Shown: positions 27,760 through 37,055 of the stretch, one piece after another
Numbering within the stretch: the stretch's first letter is position 1
Layout of the letters: every line of letters starts with the position of its first letter
DNA from: Escherichia phage MIZ4
DNA: 64,000 nt
Reading direction: 5' to 3' (one strand)
Sequence record: OR167180
Position numbers and translations under genes: made by a program
The notes under the pieces: generated by a model
Databases searched by the model: none
What the model was told of the DNA's origin: nothing
What the model saw: only the letters and a program-made list of their open reading frames with translations

Positions 27760-28073
27760 ACATAGCCCCCAACTACACGCATAACAAAGGTCTTGAGTTT
27801 ATACCAGAAAGTTTCTTTTTTCAACTTTTCTTCTGCTTCTTTGATTTGCGCGGTTAACGCCTTAATGACGTGTGGATATACCACATCACGATCTGACGGC
27901 GTGGAGTAGTCGACCACAATACCTTTAGTGTCTGGATCGTATTCAACATTATGAATATAGACAATATGATGTTCTCCCTCTTCATCAACAATTATCAATT
28001 CCTGAATAACTGTCTTCATTGCTTCTTGAATCAAGCTGTGTGCTTCTTCTAAACTTGTTGGTTTCTTATCCAT
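27756..28073 (-). CDS. Hypothetical protein at the gene 40 position (105 aa)
   Basis: Located between uvsX and 41 as T4 gene 40; identity not verified. Confidence 0.4.
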   Translation of the reverse strand: MDKKPTSLEEAHSLIQEAMKTVIQELIIVDEEGEHHIVYIHNVEYDPDTKGIVVDYSTPSDRDVVYPHVIKALTAQIKEAEEKLKKETFWYKLKTFVMRVVGGYV

Positions 28074-28128
28074 AATATAATCCTCTCTAGATATGAAAAA
28101 GGGGCACGTAGCCCCTTTACTACCATTG

Positions 28129-29199
28129 TTATGCTAACATATCTTCGATTTCTTTGTCAACTGCTTCGTCGCTGATCACTTGCCCCAGCTTATAATGATC
28201 GTTGATTGCTTCGTTAAACTTATCGTTTGTCAGAAGTGGTTTCCAGAACTCAATGCTATTGGTTTCTTTAGCACGGAACTTGCGTTCTTCTGTTTCCATC
28301 TCTCCGGTCTCGGTATTTAGGATTGAACGAGAATACCAGCCGTTTGACGGTTTCACTACCCAGCCTAACTCTACAGCCAATTCCAGCAAGCCGGAATAAG
28401 GATCGATGCCACCGCTAAATGTTACGCTAATCGGGAACTTCGATTTTTCTTTAACGGTTCGTGATTTTTCCGCATTCAGGATAAAATCATAACCAGTAAT
28501 TTCGGTTCCTTCTTTCTGCTGACGACGACCAATAATGAAAACTTCATTGGCTGAATACATCGCGCCCGTACCGCCGGACATAACGGTCTTACTAAACATT
28601 TCTTGCGTTTCGTAAGTGTGGTTAATAGCGATGCACGGGATATCATTCATAGTCAGATACGGCGTAACCATACGGAACAAGCCTTTAAGTGCTTTCGCTC
28701 GCGTCATATCCTGTGCGGATTTCTCATTAATCGCGTCTTCAACTTCTTTTTTACTTGCCAAGTTACCGATTGAGTCAATAAAGATGATCACTTTATCTTC
28801 ACGGGTAATTTGCTCAAGCTGGTTCATGATTTCAAATTTAAGTTCTTCGATGTTCTTGATTGGAACATGCACTACGCGATCAGGATCTACGCCCATAGAT
28901 TCCAGATAAGCGGGCGTAATACCGAACTCAGAATCAAAGAACAAACAAGCCGCATCGGGATTCTGTTTCATGTATGCACTAACACAAGTTAATCCCATGT
29001 TTGATTTAAAGTGCTTAGACGGACCAGCAAAGAAAATCAGACCAGATTGAAAGCCTTTTTTAAGATCACCGGAAAACGCAATATTCAGCATCGGGATCTT
29101 AGTGCGAGTATTTGTTTTTTCGTTAAAGAAGCTGGATTTAGACAGTACCGCAGTAGTTTTCAGGGTAGAGTTCTTTTTCAGTTTTTCCAGTACAGACAT
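28129..29199 (-). CDS. uvsX: UvsX recombinase (RecA-like)
   Basis: Strong block similarity to T4 UvsX as recalled (RTKIPMLNIAFSG, GLIFFAGPSKHFKSN, CIAINHTYETQEMFSKTVMSGGTG, EKSRTVKEKSKF). Confidence 0.9.
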   Translation of the reverse strand: MSVLEKLKKNSTLKTTAVLSKSSFFNEKTNTRTKIPMLNIAFSGDLKKGFQSGLIFFAGPSKHFKSNMGLTCVSAYMKQNPDAACLFFDSEFGITPAYLESMGVDPDRVVHVPIKNIEELKFEIMNQLEQITREDKVIIFIDSIGNLASKKEVEDAINEKSAQDMTRAKALKGLFRMVTPYLTMNDIPCIAINHTYETQEMFSKTVMSGGTGAMYSANEVFIIGRRQQKEGTEITGYDFILNAEKSRTVKEKSKFPISVTFSGGIDPYSGLLELAVELGWVVKPSNGWYSRSILNTETGEMETEERKFRAKETNSIEFWKPLLTNDKFNEAINDHYKLGQVISDEAVDKEIEDMLA

Positions 29200-29210
29200 T
29201 ATTAATACCT

Positions 29211-29438
29211 CTATTCAGTTAATCCGTAATACTTTAATTGCTTCATTGTTATTCGACCTTTGTAGTGCTCTTGAATTAACTTTTTCATCGCATCAACATC
29301 GATCGTCACAAATACTTCGTTGCTGTGATTTCCGTGAACTTTCTTGAAATGCTCTATGCCTTCCTCACGTTCACGTTTAATCTTTTCAATGTCTCTCATA
29401 ATATATTTCTCACGTTGGCGGGTATCGTCACCCAACAC
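29211..29438 (-). CDS. Hypothetical protein (75 aa), the only ORF between uvsX and 43
   Basis: Charged soluble ORF; occupies the locus where T4 carries beta-gt, 42 and imm. Confidence 0.45.
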   Translation of the reverse strand: MLGDDTRQREKYIMRDIEKIKREREEGIEHFKKVHGNHSNEVFVTIDVDAMKKLIQEHYKGRITMKQLKYYGLTE

Positions 29439-29460
29439 CCGCCATTATACACACTTTATC

Positions 29461-30937
29461 TTAAATGTCAAACAGGTCAGTCAGAGATGCCACTTTTTCA
29501 TATTGCAGCTTTGCAGCCGTGGTAATGTTCTCCAGTGGTTTGACGAAAGTCTTATTAAACAACAAAGGCCAGTCCAACCACTTCAACACCTCTGATTCAA
29601 TTTCTGGCGGAATACGAGTACCAGACAACCAACCAAAACAGATTTCACCAAACGGATTTCGATCTTTCAGCGGTACAATCATAACCTTCTCGCCCTCACG
29701 AATCGGATCTAGTCCGAATTTTCGAGCATTACGATTATAACACAATACACTCTTAACCGCATACGGACAACCCTTAATCGGATACCCGTTTGAATCGCTG
29801 TATTTCTGTAGGTTGTTTGCAGATGATACCGCAGCAACATCAAGATAGTCAAGTTTTCTAAATTCTTGCTCAAAAATACCGTAGTATTCCTGCAATGAAT
29901 CTTCACCTTCCTGCAACATACGGCGAATACATTCTTTCAGTGATTTCTGACATGCTTTAGGGGTGGAGCTACGTTGCGTTTCCAAGCCCATGATTTTTAG
30001 CTTAGGTTCAGCAAAGCGCGTTCCTTCCATATCCCAAACATTAAGAGCATACCGCTTTTTACCAGTCCAGAATCCACCGATACCCGCAGATTTCAACGGA
30101 GGACCAGCAATTGCCTCTCGGTCCATAAACATCAAGTGCTCATAGTTGTTCATGTACTCGCATAACTCGCGATATCCCTTGTCGATAATAGGTTCCATTC
30201 GATGTTTACCGAAATTATCAAGGAAGTCAACAAGTTTTTCGGTATCGTCGAAACGGTCTTCCCCGCCAACCTTATCAATAACATTGTTAACCAGCACATA
30301 AACGGAGTCAGTATCACAATAACGAACATATGCAAAATCAGTCGTTCCGCAAAGCTCGTTTAAGTATTCGTTAATCTTACGCTCAATCCACTGAATTGCA
30401 AGCTGACCGAACAGTGTGATCGCACTAGCGTTACGGAGATCATAAAAACGGAATTTAGGATTCCCCAACGCACCATAAAGGGAGTTGATCAAAACTTTTC
30501 GAGAAAGCTGGTTTGTATTGCACAAGATCGACTCGTCTTTACATTCTTCCAGCAATTTCTCTAAGGCATCTTTACTTAATTCAGAAAGCATCGATTTAAA
30601 CGCTTCATCAAAGTCGTGACGCACTTCAACGCTATAGCTAATGGTTCCCCCATAAACATGATTTTCATCGTGTAGAATCGCTTTACATAGTTCAGCATTG
30701 CGATCACATGCCAACATCATGTTTTTGTACTGCTTACGCTGATCGAATACCTTTTTAATCTCAATCGGTACGATACCATGAATATCTTTTCGATACATCC
30801 ATCCGTTAGGCGAGCAAGAATACTCATCACTAGGACGCGGTGCAGTTTTATTGATATACTCGTGCATCGGTGCAGCATCAAAAGATCCAGCGATTGTTTC
30901 AGGCGAAATATTAACCTGACGGATGATTGATGGATAC
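29461..30937 (-). CDS. 43: DNA polymerase gp43, exon 2 (palm C-terminal part, fingers and thumb)
   Basis: Contains family-B motif B KVLINSLYGALGN and motif C YCDTDSVY; reading frame continues upstream of the annotated ATG through YPSIIRQVNISPETIAGSFDAAP to the intron 3' end. Confidence 0.85.
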
Positions 30938-32051
30938 CATTATGTTCAGCGCGGTTCGCTACTCCCGCGCCCGTTCTCTTGCGAACTGCTACATGTCACC
31001 ATGTAGATCAGACTATATCACATTCTCATAGAGAATCCTGCCATTTCGAATCGCTTGATTCTACTCTACTCGGTTCGTTACCCTTTCGATAGTCGTTGAA
31101 CAACTGCATCTTTAAGCTCATTTTGATCAAACGGTGTTCTCTTACAGTACCCGCTATAATTCTTGGCAAAAGGTTTCTTCTTACCAAAGATCTCTTTTCC
31201 TGAATTATGTGCTTCAACAAGAAAATTCACCATTTCATCAAATGTGAAACTTGTAAATTTAGCATAAGTTTCATTACGTTTTGACATTATTTTACTCATA
31301 ACTTCCGGTCGTTTAGACGCTGAATTTTCGCGCTTCTCGCCAGCATTAAATGATACTAACTCACCGGAAACATATCTAGGATCATCACAACTAACTCTAA
31401 ACCGATTTCCTTCCTTATCCTTAACGATAACAGTATTCTTTAGCTTTTCTGCCATAGAATCAAGACCTTTTCGTATAGTGTCCTCATCAGCCCCGAAATA
31501 TTTCTTTCCGCTCATATCGGTTCTGGCTTTTCCGGTCTTGTTTTCGGATATTTTCAGTCTAACTTCCTCTCGCTTGGCTGGGTTATTGTCTCCAGCGAAT
31601 GCATCTTTGGTTAACGCCTTCACTTTATCGTCATAAGATCCTCTAGAGATGAAAGCATATGCTCTCTTGCATTCACCGTTATTGAATATTAAGCACAATA
31701 ACCGATGCGCCTCGACGTGGTCTTCAAACTTAAGCCTAACAAGATTCCATTTATCTAACCGATATTCAGGGAACATTGACTTCGGGCATATATGATGCAC
31801 CTCGGAATATTCTTCACCCTGATACGGATTAGACACCAGTTTAATGTAGTCGTTTAATGCTTCCTCGTTATGTATTTCGTACTTTCTTAAAATGTCTTTC
31901 ATCTCGCGCCTCCAATGTATATCAATATTTATATACATTATAAGACACGTTAGCTCAAAATGCAACTGCTGCTGATTGTCTCCTTAGAGATTTCCCAGCA
32001 ATTAAGCAGGTTATTCGATCACTGTCACCAGTGAAAGCCCCATATCAGTTT
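30938..32051 (-). mobile_element. Group I self-splicing intron (td-like) interrupting gene 43 in motif A, carrying an HNH homing endonuclease gene
   Basis: Exon junction restores DLTSL|YPSIIRQ; intron ends ..GATATAGTCTG..CATGGTGACATG..CTGAACATAATG (resembles the T4 td intron 3' terminus as recalled); 5' part contains GACAATC-type core element; 5' exon ends in T, intron ends in G. Confidence 0.75.
31078..31902 (-). CDS. Intron-encoded HNH homing endonuclease
   Basis: HNH motif ..EVHHICPKS..EDHVEAHRLL; start set at ATG with GGAGG SD (ORF track uses upstream TTG); TATAAATA late-promoter-like element upstream inside the intron. Confidence 0.7.
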   Translation of the reverse strand: MKDILRKYEIHNEEALNDYIKLVSNPYQGEEYSEVHHICPKSMFPEYRLDKWNLVRLKFEDHVEAHRLLCLIFNNGECKRAYAFISRGSYDDKVKALTKDAFAGDNNPAKREEVRLKISENKTGKARTDMSGKKYFGADEDTIRKGLDSMAEKLKNTVIVKDKEGNRFRVSCDDPRYVSGELVSFNAGEKRENSASKRPEVMSKIMSKRNETYAKFTSFTFDEMVNFLVEAHNSGKEIFGKKKPFAKNYSGYCKRTPFDQNELKDAVVQRLSKG

Positions 32052-33253
32052 AGGGAAGTAAGGTCAAAGCTCATCATCCAACGGTAAGCATTCGGCACAG
32101 GTTCTTTTACGAATGCGCCAGGATAAGTCTGCTTAGGCTGTATCTTGTTCTCCGGTACTACTTTACCCTCAGCTTTCAGAGATCCGAAGATAATAGCATC
32201 CCATACTTTCATCGGGTTATAAACATGGTTAAATTTAATCTTTGCATAGAAACATAGGCTATACACCAGATCGATAAATCCACGCTTTTTATCAATCGCC
32301 AGCACACGGTCAACGTCGCCGATGTTATAATCTATGTAAAGTTGATGGTTATCATCACGCAATTTCTTTAACGGACCATCATAATCAACCTTACCGATTC
32401 CTGTCTCATATTCAGCAACATAATCTAACGCATATGTTGGTTGAGTCGTAAAGCTAAATTTCTTGTACAGGTCAATATAATCAAGGCTTTCGATCCCCAT
32501 GATCGTAAATGCTTCACGCTCGTTGCCAAAATCATCCTGTGAGATTCGGGATTTAATCTTACCGCACGGGCTTAGACGGTTAGCGGTTCTACTTCCGAAC
32601 TTATTACTGATACGTTTAATGATATATGGAATATCGAATGTTTCTGTGTTCCAGCCAGTGAAACCAACGGGTCGGTTTTCCTCAAAGAATCGGATGTATT
32701 CTAACAGCAATTCATCTTCTGTGTCATAGACGTTATAAACAACGCGCTCTACAATATCAGGTCGAAGAATAGACTTGCTTGCTTCCCAGATTTCACCGCT
32801 TTTTCCTTTCAAATCAAATACAAAGAAACGATCATGTACGGAATCATAATGCGTAATTGCATCGATAGGATATTTCGCTTCTTCTGGTTTAGGAAATTCC
32901 GGTGCAGTGACCTCGATATCAACCCATGCTACACGGATTTTATTTCGGTCATATCGAATCTCGCCTTTATATGTATCGGACAGATAGGAGATGATAAAAT
33001 CATCCATCCCTAGTGCCTCCTGCCCCATTTCTCCCATCTTTTTACGCCATTTGTTGGCCTCGTTCATAGATGGGAATTTTTTAGCAATGCAAGGCTTGCC
33101 ATAGATATCTTTATAATTCGTAACCATACCAGGCGCGGCATGATGAAATAAAGTTGGCGTATATTCAACGTAACGCTCTTGTTCTTGTCCAGCATCATCA
33201 ATATAACGCTCGTAGATCTTATCACCCACTCGCTCACATGACAGAAAATACAT
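32052..33253 (-). CDS. 43: DNA polymerase gp43, exon 1 (N-terminal and 3'-5' exonuclease domains to motif A)
   Basis: Block similarity to T4 gp43 N-terminus (ERYID, FPSMNEA, DIEVT, YDSVHDRF, GWN.E.FDIPY, YNIGDV, SFDLTSL); start set at ATG 33253 with GAAGGAG SD. Confidence 0.85.
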
Positions 33254-33335
33254 AATATAAACTCCTTCACTTACGAAAGACACTCATTATAGGGGAATCG
33301 ACTTAGTTTGTCAATACCCCTATCCCATCAGTATC

Positions 33336-33698
33336 TTAGCGTCCGATCTGATATTTCTCGATCAGCGTCCACTCTTCTTTCTGTTTGAAAGACAGTACAC
33401 GGAAATTATTAACTTCGGTAGTTTCAAAATCACTATCAATCAGGGTACACAGATTCCACTGCGCAAGAAGTTTTGCAATGTTATTACGGCGCAATTCATC
33501 TTCCCACGTCATTTTAACACTACGACCATCTAATTTCAACAACTCCTTGAAATGAACGATGTAATAGCGCCCTTTCTTCTGGAGAATATGACAAGACTGA
33601 TACAGCGTCTTGTCTCGATTGTTGGCAATGCCGCAGCGGGTTAAAGTTTCCTTAATTTTAAGGAAGTTTTCAGGACTAATCAAATTAATTTCAATCAT
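33336..33698 (-). CDS. regA: Translational repressor RegA
   Basis: 120 aa; near-identical blocks to T4 RegA (KETLTR.GIANN.DK.LYQSCHILQKKG.YYIVHFKE, NNFRV.SFKQK.EW). Confidence 0.9.
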   Translation of the reverse strand: MIEINLISPENFLKIKETLTRCGIANNRDKTLYQSCHILQKKGRYYIVHFKELLKLDGRSVKMTWEDELRRNNIAKLLAQWNLCTLIDSDFETTEVNNFRVLSFKQKEEWTLIEKYQIGR

Positions 33699-33699
33699 T

Positions 33700-34278
33700 T
33701 TACCACCTTTCTATAATCTTTTTAAGTCGTTTCCTTTCTGTCTGATTCTTAGTAACACCCGCCAAAAGTTCATCGGTCGCATACGGTTTAATGTGCTTCA
33801 ATAACTTGTCCATATATCCCTTTTCATTAGCCAAATCGAGATAAAACCGGGCGTCATCCATATTTACACAATATGCTTTCGCCACTGCCATTAAAACCAA
33901 TTTTTGGTCCAATTCTTCTGTTAGTTTAGCCCATTTACCGTATCGTTTCCCCTTAGAAATACTCTGTAAGAGATAATCAAAATGCATTTGATCTGGGAGG
34001 CCATGACCGATTAAATTCATCACATACGCGCTATATAGGCAATCTGCGTGCTGGGAAAGAGCGGTGTTAATCCATCTCTGGTTATATGCAGAATTGTTTC
34101 CCACATTAACACGCTGTTTATCTAAGGTGATATGATCCATCAGAGCAAATAATGCATTGTCGGTTTTCTCGGTGAATGTGTCAGCTAATTCAGACACCTT
34201 TTCCCAATCACGAGAGCGCCATGCAATTTCATGCTCGTTTAATTGTGTATCATCTTCACCGAAAAATTGACCTAACAT
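33700..34278 (-). CDS. 62: Clamp loader small subunit gp62
   Basis: 192 aa; blocks shared with T4 gp62 (QLNEH..AW.S.DW, KRYGKWAKL); synteny. Confidence 0.85.
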   Translation of the reverse strand: MLGQFFGEDDTQLNEHEIAWRSRDWEKVSELADTFTEKTDNALFALMDHITLDKQRVNVGNNSAYNQRWINTALSQHADCLYSAYVMNLIGHGLPDQMHFDYLLQSISKGKRYGKWAKLTEELDQKLVLMAVAKAYCVNMDDARFYLDLANEKGYMDKLLKHIKPYATDELLAGVTKNQTERKRLKKIIERW

Positions 34279-35252
34279 TATACGAACTCCAATTCAACCA
34301 TTAATTGCATTAACAAAAAGACAATGTGAATCTCTTTATCAGCCGCGTGCGCAAACATCTGATTATTTTCACCGATAATCTCAGTGAGACGAATAATAGA
34401 AGCTGGCTTAACTTGAGTATACAACTCATTATAAAGTTTCTTGACAAATTGAGCGTATGTATTGGTATATCGCGGTGCAAGTTTACGTACATTAGCAAAC
34501 TGTTTAGTTTTAAGTGCTTCCACCACATCGGTTACTTCGGTATTGCTACTTTCGATAACCATGCTCAATACGCCAGCATCAATTTTACCATGTTTAGCGT
34601 AGCGGTCCAAAAGTTTCATTACGCGTCGGAAGTCTGGGAAGTTCTGCTTAACCAGTTCCGCTAATACGCGCATTTCTTCTACTGGCACACCTTCTTTATC
34701 AAGAATTGCTTTACACCGGACGATCATTTCTTTCATCATGCGAAGCTGATCATCTTTAGTCGGAGATCCAAACGTGATGGGATCAAATCGAGATCGTAAC
34801 GCTGGGATAATACCTTCTAGATCGTTTGCTGTGATAATGAATGTCACATTGTTTGAGTATGCCTCAGAGAAACTACGCAAGTGTCTTTGAGCGTCAGCTA
34901 GCCCCGCTCGGTCATACTCATCGATAATAACAACTTTGCCTTTTTCTCGTTTTTCTTCATCGAGTGATACACTCTGCGCAAAGCGTGTAATCTCATCGCG
35001 GATAAAATCAATCTTACAATCTGCGCCGTTAACAAACAGATAATCAACACCCACATCTTCGCAAAGTGCCTTAGCAACGGTTGTTTTACCAGTACCCGGC
35101 GATGGGCTATGCAGGATCATAGAAGGGATTCGGCCTTGCTTAACAATCTGCGCGAAGATCTTTTTATCTGCTTCCGGCAGAATACATTCAGAAATTGATT
35201 TCGGACGGTATTTCTGTTCCCACTGAAACTCATTTTCATTAACACTCAGCAT
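34278..35252 (-). CDS. 44: Clamp loader large subunit gp44 (AAA+)
   Basis: Walker A HSPSPGTGKTTVAKAL; blocks shared with T4 gp44; start set at ATG 35252 with GAGGTG SD (track uses upstream GTG). Confidence 0.9.
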   Translation of the reverse strand: MLSVNENEFQWEQKYRPKSISECILPEADKKIFAQIVKQGRIPSMILHSPSPGTGKTTVAKALCEDVGVDYLFVNGADCKIDFIRDEITRFAQSVSLDEEKREKGKVVIIDEYDRAGLADAQRHLRSFSEAYSNNVTFIITANDLEGIIPALRSRFDPITFGSPTKDDQLRMMKEMIVRCKAILDKEGVPVEEMRVLAELVKQNFPDFRRVMKLLDRYAKHGKIDAGVLSMVIESSNTEVTDVVEALKTKQFANVRKLAPRYTNTYAQFVKKLYNELYTQVKPASIIRLTEIIGENNQMFAHAADKEIHIVFLLMQLMVELEFV

Positions 35253-35317
35253 ATAATCACCTCTCACAAATTACATCATTAAAACGGGGAGTATTTACAC
35301 TCCCCACAAACATTATA

Positions 35318-36007
35318 TTAGTCGGTGTAGCTGGAGTCAAGGTCACACGCGATCATATAAGATACGGTTTCACTTGCCAGCCATACAGCCTTACGGCGAG
35401 TGAAGCTCAGTTTGTAATCGCCGAAGTCAGTAGCAACCAGTTTCATGTTATCTTTACGAATAAAGAAATGGAAGTCTGCGGTTCCGGTATATTCGCCCAT
35501 ATCAAGACAAAACATCTCATTAGGATTATTTTTGTCAATCTCTTCCCAACCTTTGATCATCAGACGACCATCAATCGGAAGAAATTCAAGGCGGTCCACT
35601 TTAAGCTGATTGCTCATTTTCATAAGCTGTTTCAGATCGTCGTTGCTCAGTTCGTAATCTACATCGCTTGCAGGTGGAGTAACTCGGCCTTTCGGTGATA
35701 CGATAGCGGCAGCACTAGCACCAGGATAATTAATTTTCAGACGATCATTAGACACACGAATGTTTCCGGTGCGGTCATCAACCGTAATATCTGCTTCATC
35801 GCCCACCAGATTCAGAATACCCAAGAAAGAGTTAAGATCATAGATCCCAATTTCGTGTTCCAGTTCTTGATTCAGAGTCGCTTCACCATATACAACGTTT
35901 GTCATGTTTTTGGTGATCAGGACGTTTCCTTTTTTCAGGATGATACCTGGGTTAATAGCGGAAAAGTTTTTCAGGGTAGCAATGGTTTCTTTAGTCAGTT
36001 TCATCAA
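35318..36007 (-). CDS. 45: Sliding clamp gp45
   Basis: 229 aa; N-terminus MKLTKETIATLKNF.AINPGI resembles T4 gp45; synteny. Confidence 0.85.
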   Translation of the reverse strand: MMKLTKETIATLKNFSAINPGIILKKGNVLITKNMTNVVYGEATLNQELEHEIGIYDLNSFLGILNLVGDEADITVDDRTGNIRVSNDRLKINYPGASAAAIVSPKGRVTPPASDVDYELSNDDLKQLMKMSNQLKVDRLEFLPIDGRLMIKGWEEIDKNNPNEMFCLDMGEYTGTADFHFFIRKDNMKLVATDFGDYKLSFTRRKAVWLASETVSYMIACDLDSSYTD

Positions 36008-36034
36008 ATCACCTTTATCATGTTAATCAATTAA

Positions 36035-36433
36035 TTATGGGTTTACTGCGTGTTCGTTACGAATCTTGAGCATTTTGTTTTGGAAGTTTTCCGCAGCTTG
36101 CTCATCAATAGCATGAGTATACTTAAATCCAATGTATGCTGTCAAGTATTGTTGCAGAGCATAGACAGTAACAGGATTCTTTGCGGTCTTCTTGCCTTCG
36201 AGATATATCAGATCACCACGAACATCAAACGCAAGTTTACGACGAATCACATTATCAACAAACTCATCAACAACAAAATGCCAAATGTTGCTATCGGTTC
36301 CAATATCAAAATTAACCACACAGCCATGTTTGACATAATCAAACGGTATCGGGAATAGTTTATAGTCAAGTTCGATAAACATTAATTGTTCTTTTAAGCT
36401 CATACGTTTCATTCTATCACTTCCCATCAGCAA
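36035..36433 (-). CDS. Hypothetical protein at the rpbA position (132 aa)
   Basis: Position between 45 and 46; identity not verified. Confidence 0.4.
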   Translation of the reverse strand: MLMGSDRMKRMSLKEQLMFIELDYKLFPIPFDYVKHGCVVNFDIGTDSNIWHFVVDEFVDNVIRRKLAFDVRGDLIYLEGKKTAKNPVTVYALQQYLTAYIGFKYTHAIDEQAAENFQNKMLKIRNEHAVNP

Positions 36434-36809
36434 TTGCGATCAGACGAGTTACTACTACGCTAGCGGCTTCAATCAGCAGTTCATCAGTGTCAATCTGATA
36501 ACCCTTTTCGAGAATATCTTTACCTCGAATAGTTTTAGCGCCTTTAGCAATTGAATCATCGTAATACTTGCGCATTGCCGCGATCCATTCTTTTTGCACC
36601 ATATCATCAATATGCGCGTACAGTTCAAAGCGTGCTTGCTGCGGGATAACCTTCATTTTAGCTTTCTCGCTTTCCGGCATTTGTAGTACCCACGCTTTAC
36701 GGATCTTGTTCATTGCTCGGTCAAATTCGAGGCTGGTTTTCTTGTTCTGAATGTCTGCTACAGTAATTTTAGCCAGGTTTGCGGAAGTAGTCATAATATT
36801 AATCTCCAA
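36417..36809 (-). CDS. Hypothetical protein (130 aa)
   Basis: ORF in array. Confidence 0.45.
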   Translation of the reverse strand: MEINIMTTSANLAKITVADIQNKKTSLEFDRAMNKIRKAWVLQMPESEKAKMKVIPQQARFELYAHIDDMVQKEWIAAMRKYYDDSIAKGAKTIRGKDILEKGYQIDTDELLIEAASVVVTRLIAIADGK

Positions 36810-36824
36810 AATAAAATCAGTATA

Positions 36825-37055
36825 TCACGTTCTAAAGTTTGTTGCAACCCCAGCATCAGGGTAATCAAGTTTATCAAAGTTGGGGACCAGCATAAACTCA
36901 TGATGACGACAAGACAACATTTTTGTTATGTCTTCATCGCTGTATATGCTGTTTTTCATATCCCCCATACTAACTACATATTCTTCACCGGAATATAGAT
37001 TGATTAAGGTATACAATTCTAACTCCGGCTGCGTTACTCTGTCAAATGTTAACAT
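36825..37055 (-). CDS. Hypothetical protein (76 aa)
   Basis: ORF in array. Confidence 0.4.
   Translation of the reverse strand: MLTFDRVTQPELELYTLINLYSGEEYVVSMGDMKNSIYSDEDITKMLSCRHHEFMLVPNFDKLDYPDAGVATNFRT

Noticed and set aside
31026-31220. 64-aa minus-strand ORF overlapping the 3' part of the intron and the HNH gene end
   Set aside because: Overlaps the HNH endonuclease in another frame and runs into conserved intron core sequence; more likely structured RNA than coding.
33064-33270. 68-aa minus-strand ORF overlapping the 5' end of gene 43
   Set aside because: Out-of-frame overlap with the polymerase N-terminus; the polymerase start at 33253 has a strong SD.
30868-33283. Reading gene 43 as two independent genes (43A/43B split polymerase)
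   Set aside because: The 3' exon frame stays open upstream of the annotated ATG, the junction restores motif A exactly, and the intervening sequence has td-like group I terminal sequences; an intron fits better, though it remains to be shown experimentally.
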